Of a stretch of 64,000 nt of DNA, positions 20,051 through 29,426 are shown piece after piece. The stretch comes from Giardia intestinalis (taxonomy: Eukaryota). The stretch is from NCBI GenBank assembly GCA_000002435.2, contig CM018789.1. One strand, written 5' to 3'. The translations under genes and the position numbers were made by a program. Positions within the stretch are counted from its first letter, which is position 1; each line of letters begins with the position of its first letter. The notes beneath the pieces are model-generated. The model searched no databases. It worked only from the letters and a program-made list of their open reading frames with translations, and was not told where the DNA came from.

Positions 20051-23000
20051 TTAAAACGGCAATAAGTCAAATAGTGCTAGCAAGCGATATTCAGCCCCGG
20101 CAAGCACTCCAAAGTCAATACACACGGACCACCCGTGAATGTTAGCATCGATTGCTCTACTCGATATTCTTGCAATATGCTTGTGGTCTTGAGATTTGGA
20201 GGAGAGCTTTAAGGCTATCTTTTTGTCCACGTATGTAAAAAGATTGTTTGCCTCACTTTCTACCTCAAGCCATGACCGAAAGTAGTTCCGCAAAGAAACT
20301 GGGAGCGTTGACAAAGCTGCTGAAGAGGATATGACCTCTTTTAACTTTGCAATATCATTAGTGATTGCCTGCTCCTTCATGCGTGCCAAGCAGCTTTGCA
20401 GATGTACAGAGGACGTACTTTTTTCACCATGCTTTTGTACTGTGTGCTCGGTTGTTCGAGCTACTGTTCTTTTTAACCTTCTGTTGATTGTTTTGTATGC
20501 AGTGTAGCGCAATTTAACCAGGTCACTTAAGGTTGCATCAGCACCGGTTAAGGCATCTATAAATCTTGACCGAAACTCAGCTATTTCTCGCCGAATAGCA
20601 GGTAGCTCTGTATCTCCACTGGGGAAGTCCTTAATTGTTTGCTCATATGCTTGTTTGAGCTCAGCTGCACGTTTGGCTAATTCGCGTTGACAAAGAGCAG
20701 ACTTAATCGACCTACGCTTTTTCAACACACCGCTTTGAGGCCTTTCAGACTCGGTTATCGAACTAGTGGTTATATTCGAAGCCTTGTTGCAAGCGAAAGG
20801 CAAGGATAGTCCTGGTACGCTTTTTGGCCTAGGAGGAAGGCCAAGCATAGGTGGATGAGGGAGAATGGCGGATTGTTGCTCCTTTATATCGTTTTCGCTA
20901 TGCACAATAGTGCTATTTATATCCTTCTCCTCCTGTTCTTTAACCACAAGGAACTGTGTAGCACGGAACTCATTCTCTGCAGTGAAGACATCGATATTGA
21001 TTGGACGTCTGCAAGCATGCTCTATCCCGGAAACAAATTCATCGTACGCCAATGCTCTTGTCAAACTCGGGTACAGAATGTTCAACTCACACGTGTATTT
21101 CTCTAGGTCGTCACGTGCGCCAATAATACCTCTTTGGATAAGTAGTTGGGACGTATCATATACACCATTGTTTGGTACGGAAGAAGCAGGAGAGGACGCC
21201 GTTTTCCAGGTGCTTTGGTTGGTATCATACATATTGGAGCAGATTGTTTCATCTACTTGCGCAGAAATGCTTTGTATATTATATAACGCATTAGAGCTAT
21301 TTTCTGAGTCTTTGGGGGGATGTGGACACGGCCGCGCAGATGCCGGTGAGGGCAGCTTGTCTACTCGCTTCCTTGTCAGCTTTTGCCGGAGCACCTGTTC
21401 TGCATACTGTGTGAGAGGTGCACCTTTACTATGATCACTGTTTAAAGGAAATCGCCCATATGGCTGTCCGGCTTTGTGCTTGGGCGTGAGGAATCCCGTT
21501 TGCGGCGTACTGGCCTGACCTTCCAGATAGTTGTCGGCTTCTTTGTTAAGGTTGATAGCTATACTATTTCTGCGTGCTCTACTCTTCTGTTCTTGCCGAG
21601 ATGACAGCGCCGCCTGGGAATGGGGGTAGAATATTCCATTGCGGATGTACACCGAAAGGATGTGTTGACACTTTCCAGATGCAGCCAAGAACAACAGCGA
21701 ATGTTTTCTGCACACATATGTGCCACAGACCTCTTTCAACTCTTTAATTTTTTCTTGTGGAAGAAGCGTCATTATGCGGTCTGCCTGTCTAGATGAAACT
21801 GACAATATATCTTGGATTAGATAGTTAGTTAGGCGTGCATATCCAGATCCAACAGATTTTGCGCTTGTTTGACGCAAGTCGAGGGGGAGACTGGGTAGCT
21901 GTAAGTACTGATTCTGCCTTGCTCCATTGCGGCGATCAATCTGACCCACAAAGCTTTCATTTTTTGCCACAATCTGATTAAATTCAGATTTAAACTGCTT
22001 AAGTTGCTTGGTTTTCCCGCCGATCTTGGCCTGGATTGCACGCGACTCGTTTGTGATGGCGTCCAGCAAGTCAGACATCTGTGATAGCTTTGCTTCCAAA
22101 AATGCAGCTACATCATATGCATTACTCATTTGTTCTTCTGTAACAGAGAACTTCACAGGCATCAAAGGCCAATCTCTTATACTATCCTTGTATATCGGAC
22201 ACAGGGCATTAATTCCGTGAGGGCAATACACCCTAAGTTCGCCCAACATTGTCTGCATTTCCTTCATGGCTTCACAGTAGGAGATGAAGTTTTCCTTGGG
22301 AAATTGCTTCTCCTCTATTCCCAATGCACTAAGGTCAGTACTTCTCTTTATTGTCGACCCTTTAAATTGCAACATGCCGATACTCTGCACCTCGCTCAAT
22401 AACTGAAGGATCTGAGGCTTAATAGCCAACGACTTCAGATGCCGTACTTCAATCTGTTTCATCTGTGAGTTCTTCAAATTATTTGTGCATTGACTCGTTG
22501 CTCCTTCCTCTGTGGTTGCCTTGTCAATCCTGTCGAACTCATGTCGTACAATAGAAACCGCAGAGTCGGTTAACTCTATGAACATTTCCTGGAGAGAGGT
22601 ATCGCTGGTATGCTGCACGCTTTCGTTTATGTCGCCTGGTTGTGCACATATAGTACGCCCATCTTCAGAGATAAACGCCTGTTCTACCACTGTTTGGGTT
22701 TCTAGAAAGGATGGAAGAGCCCTGAGCGGCAAGGAGCGCAATAGATTGACAAAGGTAGAAACACACTCAATGAACTCAAATCGATGAACTTGGTCTTGAT
22801 AGTCCATGGACAGTATCTCCTCTTCCACCTCCATAATCTTCTCTTTCAAAAGCATCAATTGCTCCATGTAGGCATACCTCATGCGCGAGATCATTTCTGT
22901 AAATATTTCTGGAAAGATTGATTTATTGTCGAGAAGAAATTCCAGGATTGCCCGTACATTTTCGTCCTCATCACCAACATTTTCTACTAAAAAGTCTCGC

Positions 23001-24598
23001 ACAGCGTCAGAGCTTTCTTTTATCCGTGCGATCCCTTCGTGAACATCTATGACACTCTTCCTTTCCTTGATATTTAACATTATATCCTTGAGATTGTTTG
23101 CAGTTACATACAGCCGTTTGGAGCCGGTTTCCGGCCAATAGGTTGATTTGACCTTTGCACAGTCCAGATTATGGTGCTCTTTTTTAATATCTTGGTTGTC
23201 TATACTTGTTTCAGGATACTGATTGCTTTGTTGTCCTGAGACTAGATATCGTTCCAGTTTGCAAACGGCAGCACTTGCGTCCTCAAGAAGAACAGCTACT
23301 GCGCATCTGCTTTCATTCCATGTCTCGAAAATCATCTCCGCTTCTATAGTTGTCTTAGAACCAATGCTTTGTAATTGATCGAAAAGAGCCCTGTTACCCT
23401 GCTCTATAGCGTCTACAAGATCATCTGAGGAGAGTGTTTGGAAGATAGCGACGGGGAACAACATATCACACTCTGCCTTATGCAGTGCAGAGTAGCTACG
23501 GGCACAGTCGGTGCAGCAGCCAATTGCGCAGCCGCAGCGATGGCAGATAGTGTAGCTTTCCACAGACATCGAACTGCATACAGGACACGCGATGGGTGTC
23601 ACCACATCGCGGCATGCTTTCGTAATGACAGAAATCTGAGCTTGAAGCGGCATGTCAATCCACATAAGAAGATCGTGTCTGAGAGTGTCCAAAAGTAGAC
23701 TGTATGCTTTGATAACAGCATAATGATCTTGTGCATACTCATAGCAGTTATGTGTAGACTGGTTGGGTGGAAGAGGTACACCATAGTCACCAACACCCAT
23801 ACTCGTGAGCTGCTCCTCTGACCAGCCAATTGGCATTCTATTGTCTTTATGCTGTCGCTTAGCCCTCTGTGCTATGGGGAGCCTAGCATTTTGATACGCA
23901 GGAGGTAGTCTAAGACTTTTTAGCTCACCAATCCTAGTATCACATTCCTGTCCAATCTGTTCAAGAATTAAATCTGAGCCTTCCTCATCAGTGTACTCCC
24001 TCTTGGTGCGTGGATCAATGGAGTGCTTAAGGCTCACTGCCAACAGAAGTGAGCGATTGGCAAGAGAGGTGTAAATATTAGTGAGCGCTTTAAACGGACA
24101 AAGTGCGTTTCTGTGTGCTGCTCGATGCTGCAAGGTGCTTTCGTTAACACGACTAGTAACAAGAATATCTGAAATGCTCAAACAGTAAGGATCATCGGCC
24201 AGTTTCCGGGGAAGAATAAAGATTTGAAAAGCTTTGGTCTGAACCATGTTTAGAAGGGATTCGATAGCCATGTCATGCATAACTGTCCTGAATTGATTGC
24301 TATTCAGAAAGGCAACTTCCAACTTAAGTATCACCGGTTGAAAAAGGTCGTTAAATGTCAGTCCACTGGAAAGCAGACATGTTATTTGGGTACTAATTGA
24401 CTTATCTGTTATTCCAATAGCAGGACTGGCTGTGCACTTGATTTTAGGAGTTGCCTCTGTTCTAATTCTAAACGCCACTCCTGACCGTTTAACAGTGGTC
24501 TTGAAAGAGCAGGATATCGTGTTTCTGATTGTCTCAATGGAAAGAAAGCGGCCATATTCGCTGTCAAATACAAATATTACACGCTCATTGTGGAGCAT
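20051..24598 (-). CDS. Large (1515 aa) MYND-type zinc-finger protein, otherwise hypothetical
   Basis: ATG confirmed at 24596-24598. CPVCSSMSVESYTICHRCGCAIGCCTDCARSYSALHKAEC fits the MYND C4-C2HC spacing. The rest has coiled-coil segments and no recognised domain. Confidence 0.7.
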   Translation of the reverse strand: MLHNERVIFVFDSEYGRFLSIETIRNTISCSFKTTVKRSGVAFRIRTEATPKIKCTASPAIGITDKSISTQITCLLSSGLTFNDLFQPVILKLEVAFLNSNQFRTVMHDMAIESLLNMVQTKAFQIFILPRKLADDPYCLSISDILVTSRVNESTLQHRAAHRNALCPFKALTNIYTSLANRSLLLAVSLKHSIDPRTKREYTDEEGSDLILEQIGQECDTRIGELKSLRLPPAYQNARLPIAQRAKRQHKDNRMPIGWSEEQLTSMGVGDYGVPLPPNQSTHNCYEYAQDHYAVIKAYSLLLDTLRHDLLMWIDMPLQAQISVITKACRDVVTPIACPVCSSMSVESYTICHRCGCAIGCCTDCARSYSALHKAECDMLFPVAIFQTLSSDDLVDAIEQGNRALFDQLQSIGSKTTIEAEMIFETWNESRCAVAVLLEDASAAVCKLERYLVSGQQSNQYPETSIDNQDIKKEHHNLDCAKVKSTYWPETGSKRLYVTANNLKDIMLNIKERKSVIDVHEGIARIKESSDAVRDFLVENVGDEDENVRAILEFLLDNKSIFPEIFTEMISRMRYAYMEQLMLLKEKIMEVEEEILSMDYQDQVHRFEFIECVSTFVNLLRSLPLRALPSFLETQTVVEQAFISEDGRTICAQPGDINESVQHTSDTSLQEMFIELTDSAVSIVRHEFDRIDKATTEEGATSQCTNNLKNSQMKQIEVRHLKSLAIKPQILQLLSEVQSIGMLQFKGSTIKRSTDLSALGIEEKQFPKENFISYCEAMKEMQTMLGELRVYCPHGINALCPIYKDSIRDWPLMPVKFSVTEEQMSNAYDVAAFLEAKLSQMSDLLDAITNESRAIQAKIGGKTKQLKQFKSEFNQIVAKNESFVGQIDRRNGARQNQYLQLPSLPLDLRQTSAKSVGSGYARLTNYLIQDILSVSSRQADRIMTLLPQEKIKELKEVCGTYVCRKHSLLFLAASGKCQHILSVYIRNGIFYPHSQAALSSRQEQKSRARRNSIAINLNKEADNYLEGQASTPQTGFLTPKHKAGQPYGRFPLNSDHSKGAPLTQYAEQVLRQKLTRKRVDKLPSPASARPCPHPPKDSENSSNALYNIQSISAQVDETICSNMYDTNQSTWKTASSPASSVPNNGVYDTSQLLIQRGIIGARDDLEKYTCELNILYPSLTRALAYDEFVSGIEHACRRPINIDVFTAENEFRATQFLVVKEQEEKDINSTIVHSENDIKEQQSAILPHPPMLGLPPRPKSVPGLSLPFACNKASNITTSSITESERPQSGVLKKRRSIKSALCQRELAKRAAELKQAYEQTIKDFPSGDTELPAIRREIAEFRSRFIDALTGADATLSDLVKLRYTAYKTINRRLKRTVARTTEHTVQKHGEKSTSSVHLQSCLARMKEQAITNDIAKLKEVISSSAALSTLPVSLRNYFRSWLEVESEANNLFTYVDKKIALKLSSKSQDHKHIARISSRAIDANIHGWSVCIDFGVLAGAEYRLLALFDLLPF

Positions 24599-25847
24599 TC
24601 AGTTTTACTTCCGGAATCTTTACTGCGGTTTGCTACTCTCTTTAGTGAGATACCCGTTTACTCGTCGTTTCACTGGGGTGAGGTTGTCCCCTGCTACCTG
24701 ACCAGGTCCTCCATGCGAGCCACCGCCGCCCTAGGCTGACAACCTCTCGCTCGTTCACTAGCTGAGACCCAGAATCCGAAAGTCGGATGTCGTCCAGTTC
24801 TGACGGGGAAGATTTATGCCCCCTCCCTCGAGGTGATAGCGAATGCAGATGAGCGTTCGAGGCTGGTAATGGCACCAATCACTCGCCCCGCTTGTCGAGA
24901 TGGACCCGCACGTGACCCATGTGAATCCCTCGGCAAGAGATGGGAGCCCTGGGGTGCTTGGCTAACAGAGGCGGATTGATCCTGACCGTACCGAAGAGTG
25001 GTGACCTGGGCCACCTGCCGGGTGTCTGCTGCAGCAACTGGCAGTGCCTGACATCCTTGAGTGGACAGGCGCCGGTTGTAGAGAGACGACCAAGCGGTGA
25101 ACCGGCCCTGATCGCTCCTGGTGCCTCGGATGACGCCTCTTAGAGAGGTGACCCTGGACCGACGCCTCGGTGGACCGACGCATCACCCCAAGTGTGCTGT
25201 GCAGATGGACCAGCCCACAGGTCAGCTAAGCCAGACACGCTGCACAGGGTGAGCGTCGATGTGATCTCGTGCTGGGTGACGGAGCACCTCTGCGATCCAT
25301 GAACAGAGGACTGGACCTCTCCCCTGATACCAGCGCATGGGAGTACTCCGCCGGCATCTACGAACGCGTACTATGACTCCAGGATAGAGGCATACGGGGA
25401 GCGCACCCTCCCGGTCATACTCGGGACTGATGGTGCCCTCCACGAAGAGACGAAGAGGCACCCCGAGGAACGGGGTAGACACCCGGGGTCGTGGCGTGGG
25501 ATCTTCGTCATGGAGCACCAGGGTCCCGGGCCACGTGGAGGCCAGACTGCTGTGACCGACGCAAGGCCCGAGACAGCAAGTGCTCACTAGATGCCAGACA
25601 GTAGCTGATCTCATGGGATCTGAGTGAAGAAGTGAAAGGCCCAAACCAATATCGCGAAGGACAGAATAATGACTTCCAGACCGAGGGAGCAGATACTTCC
25701 CCTTTTCCCCAGAACTACATCATTCAGATCTTGGATTCTGAATGCAATGAACAAGGATACAGTTAAATGTGGTGGCTTGCGGATGAATTTACTGGCGTAA
25801 ATTCCTTGAAAAACCAAATTTAAGATAAAATCCGAAAAATCTCGAGA

Positions 25848-27350
25848 ATGTTTCTAGGATGCAACAAATACGACCCTACCATAAGCCATGAGCTGAACAT
25901 GCGCCGACGAGATGAATCTCAACGGCAATTCTACGAAGCGACCGTCAAAGAGGATTTTAACAATCGCTGTCTAGCAGAGTTTGAACACCGCTCAATTATT
26001 AAGGGCAAGATAGCGTATGTGAATATGCGTATGGCAGACCTTATACAGAAGAACAAAATGGCTATCGAGGGGCGTCGTGCAGCCCTTAAGAAACTTTACG
26101 ACGCAGAATTTCGTGCCTATCAGGATGCTGTAAAGGCCTCTATTCCAACAGAAGAAGATAAAATACGGGCTATGGAAGCAGAATATGCGTCCGTCATTCA
26201 GAGAAATACTGCTGTGAAGAATCAAAGAGTTGACGTGGCTCGCGAGAGGCAATGGGAGATCAATTGTGATGAGCTCCGATCAGCAGCCTCTATGCTAAAT
26301 GCCCGTGCTTGCAAGCTAGCATGGGACGTTGCGAACTGCGAACGTGTGCAGAAGCGCCAGCGTGACCGAGAAGAGAAAGCTGCATGGCAAAAACAGGTGA
26401 ATGACAACCATGCTAATTTCCTCAAGGATGAGGAAAGCAGGATCGCTGGCGAACACGAGCGCATGATGAAGAACAGACAAGAGCTAGAGCAGCAGTTGAC
26501 AGAACGGGAGAGACAGAAGGCAGAGGAAGCGTATCAACGGGCTCTTGAAAATGAGAAGTGGAACGAAAACCGCAGACTTGGGGACGAGATAGACAAGCTT
26601 GAGCGCGAAAAACAGGAGCAGGAGAAGTTCTATAATCAGCAACAGCTCCTAATGCGTATGCACATCGAAAACCTCCAACGTGCGCACAACAAAGAAGTGA
26701 GTAGAAATGATGGAAAAGAGATGATGGCTAAAATAGAGGCCGAGATACGTGAGGAAGCTGAACGAGACCGCAAAAATAAGGAAAACCTTAGAAATGAGCA
26801 ACTCCTCTACTTAGAAATCTTGAGAGCCAGAAAGGAAAAGGCCTTAATGGAATCCAAAGCCAGGGATGACTACTTAATGGGCTTAATGCTCGATGCAGAA
26901 AAGAGACTGTCTCAGCGGGAGCACGACGATTTGCAGCGCCGTAAGCGCATGGCAGAAGATTGTAAGGACTTCAATTATAGCCGCATGAACTCTGGGGCAG
27001 AGGTGAAGGAGGCAGCGAAGCGTGAAAAGGAAGCTGAGCTGGCTGCTGCATTGGCTGACTTGGAGGCCTTTGAAAAAGAAAAGCTGGAAGAGCTAAAGAA
27101 GCAATATGACGAGGCAAAGCGCTTTGAAGAGTTTCTGCTGATGCAGTCAGACGAACACAAACAGCGGATCCAGGCAGAAAAGGATGCAGAAGCTAAATAT
27201 CAACAAAGAAAGAAGGATGAAGCTGCTGCAGACATGCAGAGAATTAATGCAAGACTAGGGTCACTAGAATCAAAGATAAGAGAAGTCAATGAGGTCCAAT
27301 TCTGGGACAATGAACGCCCAAGGCCAAAGAAACAGTGGTACAACGTGTGA
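25848..27350 (+). CDS. Coiled-coil protein rich in E/R/K/Q (trichohyalin-plectin-like; MNS1/CFAP45-type axonemal protein is plausible)
   Basis: ATG confirmed at 25848, preceded by an A/T-rich stretch (aaaatctcgagaATG). Highly charged heptad-like composition throughout (ERERQKAEEAYQRALENEKWNENRRL...). Confidence 0.65.
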   Translation: MFLGCNKYDPTISHELNMRRRDESQRQFYEATVKEDFNNRCLAEFEHRSIIKGKIAYVNMRMADLIQKNKMAIEGRRAALKKLYDAEFRAYQDAVKASIPTEEDKIRAMEAEYASVIQRNTAVKNQRVDVARERQWEINCDELRSAASMLNARACKLAWDVANCERVQKRQRDREEKAAWQKQVNDNHANFLKDEESRIAGEHERMMKNRQELEQQLTERERQKAEEAYQRALENEKWNENRRLGDEIDKLEREKQEQEKFYNQQQLLMRMHIENLQRAHNKEVSRNDGKEMMAKIEAEIREEAERDRKNKENLRNEQLLYLEILRARKEKALMESKARDDYLMGLMLDAEKRLSQREHDDLQRRKRMAEDCKDFNYSRMNSGAEVKEAAKREKEAELAAALADLEAFEKEKLEELKKQYDEAKRFEEFLLMQSDEHKQRIQAEKDAEAKYQQRKKDEAAADMQRINARLGSLESKIREVNEVQFWDNERPRPKKQWYNV

Positions 27351-27368
27351 ATTCAGGACAATCACTCC

Positions 27369-29246
27369 TTATTTTAATCGGCGACTCTCAACTCTGGTTT
27401 CAAAGATTAGGAGTTGAAGTTCGAAAATAACCAGCGGAAGCAATACAACGCCACAAATGCACAAGATTATGTCGGCTATTAATAAAGGATAAGAAAAGTC
27501 AGAGAACTGCTTTTGGAGCTCCCATATGTAAACAAGTGCGACACACCCTGCTGTTAGTGAGATGAACTTCACTGTAGAGCCAATCAATATACGCCCACGT
27601 TGCTCCAAAAATGCATCTACCATATAGAAAAGGCTAAGGAGCGGTGATAACAAGGCTTCCAGTCGGAGAATTGTAGTATTATCCGACAGTTCGGACTTTG
27701 TGAGTTGCAGACCAAGCTCTAAATAATATTTAGTAAATTGTGGAGACAATAGAAGGTAAAAGATTGCACCAAGTAGACTAGAGATAGTAAGTGCTATAAA
27801 GAGGTAGTAGTAAAATGCAATGGCTATCTTTCTATAGTGCTTATCACGCGAGTTAAAAAAGTAGATCTGCTTGAAGATATACGAAATGGGGATAGTAAGA
27901 GAAAGAAGGGCTTGCCTCACAAAGACGTAGACTCCACAAATATTAATGTTGAGAAGAAAAAGATTGATATCCTTAATATTTATATAAAGAAACACGATAA
28001 TAAAAAGGGCCAAACCAACATGACCGAGCCTACTCAACCAGCGATAAAATAAATCTATCATAAGAGTAATAAGCAACTTAGTATTTTTGGGAAATAGCTT
28101 GCCATACCTGAACATTAGAAGAAACGGAAGATCATGCTGGTAAGGGGTATCAGAGTATGGTCTTCGGGTGAGGATGGTCGATCTCTGAAACGCACGCAAA
28201 ACTTGGAGGTGAGATGCAGTCTCCTGAGATGGGAGAGCCGCAACATCGTGCTTCCTAATGAGAGAGACAGTAGTAAGCTTTTCTGAGGCAGCAGAATGAA
28301 AGCTTCCAGAGGTGCTAGCGAATTGAAGATCATATGGGAAATGTTGCTCTTGGGGCGGTGTGATGACAGTATTCAGTTCTATCGGAAATCTATGATTATA
28401 GCACTCTTTGTAAGATTCATAAGAAAACATGCGCAGAACGTTTAAGCACAGAAAGATCGAATCTGGAATTAATATGGCTATGATAATCGGGTAGAGAAAC
28501 ACTGAGCCGCTGAAGTATTTCGGCACGATGGTGAGTAGAGAATGCTGATCATCACTCGAGTCGTCTATAAGAGTACTGTACAGAAGTGGAAACAGATACC
28601 CCAAGCTAAGAAGTACGGCTGTACCAAAGTAGCTGATAAGGCGCTGGATTGTTATCACAAAGAAAAAACCTGTCCTTTCCAGAAGGGCATTTGATAGATG
28701 AAGGAAAGGGGAAACAAACGGAGCGATAGTAAGATAGATAGACAAATCCTTGAACGAGTACTCATACTTAGATCTAAAGTATGGGGTAATATAAACTTGC
28801 TTAAAGAGAAGACCGACAATGAACATGACCAATGAATAGTATAACGTCATGAATATGGAGAGAGAATAGAAGCGGTGCACATCTTCAATATCATTATGCT
28901 CGTGCATTAGTCCCTCGGTTATCTGCAGAACGATATTATCCCCCAGAAGCTCTAACGGTAAGGTCAGGAAAGAATAGTGGAAAAGAAGTAAGGTGTCTAG
29001 TGCCCCTACAGTTGCATACGGGGCCATCTGGACAGTGCTGATGTGTACATATATGGTGAGAAGACTGGAGAGAAGAGACGTGAGACCAAGTATGGGGAAT
29101 TTGTACCAAAGCAGGCGATGAAGTGACTGCTTGAGAAATGTCTGCCTCGTCTCTTCCCCGCGGAGAATCATCAAGCTTCCTGTTTCCATAATCCACTCCT
29201 GGAGGAACTTTGCATCAAATCCCGCTCCAGATTCTAATTTGGCCAT
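27369..29246 (-). CDS. Polytopic membrane protein (625 aa, roughly 12-14 predicted helices); MOP-flippase/Rft1-like is a guess only
   Basis: ATG confirmed at 29244-29246. Many hydrophobic helices are separated by short loops. No diagnostic motif recognised. Confidence 0.65.
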   Translation of the reverse strand: MAKLESGAGFDAKFLQEWIMETGSLMILRGEETRQTFLKQSLHRLLWYKFPILGLTSLLSSLLTIYVHISTVQMAPYATVGALDTLLLFHYSFLTLPLELLGDNIVLQITEGLMHEHNDIEDVHRFYSLSIFMTLYYSLVMFIVGLLFKQVYITPYFRSKYEYSFKDLSIYLTIAPFVSPFLHLSNALLERTGFFFVITIQRLISYFGTAVLLSLGYLFPLLYSTLIDDSSDDQHSLLTIVPKYFSGSVFLYPIIIAILIPDSIFLCLNVLRMFSYESYKECYNHRFPIELNTVITPPQEQHFPYDLQFASTSGSFHSAASEKLTTVSLIRKHDVAALPSQETASHLQVLRAFQRSTILTRRPYSDTPYQHDLPFLLMFRYGKLFPKNTKLLITLMIDLFYRWLSRLGHVGLALFIIVFLYINIKDINLFLLNINICGVYVFVRQALLSLTIPISYIFKQIYFFNSRDKHYRKIAIAFYYYLFIALTISSLLGAIFYLLLSPQFTKYYLELGLQLTKSELSDNTTILRLEALLSPLLSLFYMVDAFLEQRGRILIGSTVKFISLTAGCVALVYIWELQKQFSDFSYPLLIADIILCICGVVLLPLVIFELQLLIFETRVESRRLK

Positions 29247-29426
29247 AGATAAAAAGTCTGGATTTATTTCTGAAAGGCACGGCTAGTGTTGGCAGCCTAG
29301 AAAGTGGTCCAACATAAATCAGTATTTGTGGCCTATAAAAGGGATCGATTGATGAACCCATTAAGTATTCAGATTTATGACGAAGGCTAGACAAAAATAA
29401 AAGTATAACTGGTTAATCGAGGAATC

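Noticed and set aside
20865-21434. 189-aa plus-strand ORF and other internal ORFs nested inside long genes (also 60589-61116, 36170-36613, 37118-37573, 6087-6389, 57128-57355)
   Set aside because: All lie antisense or out of frame within much longer, well-supported coding sequences (the MYND protein, coiled-coil protein, Prp8, V-ATPase e, poly-Ser ORF). Low-complexity S/A/R-rich products.
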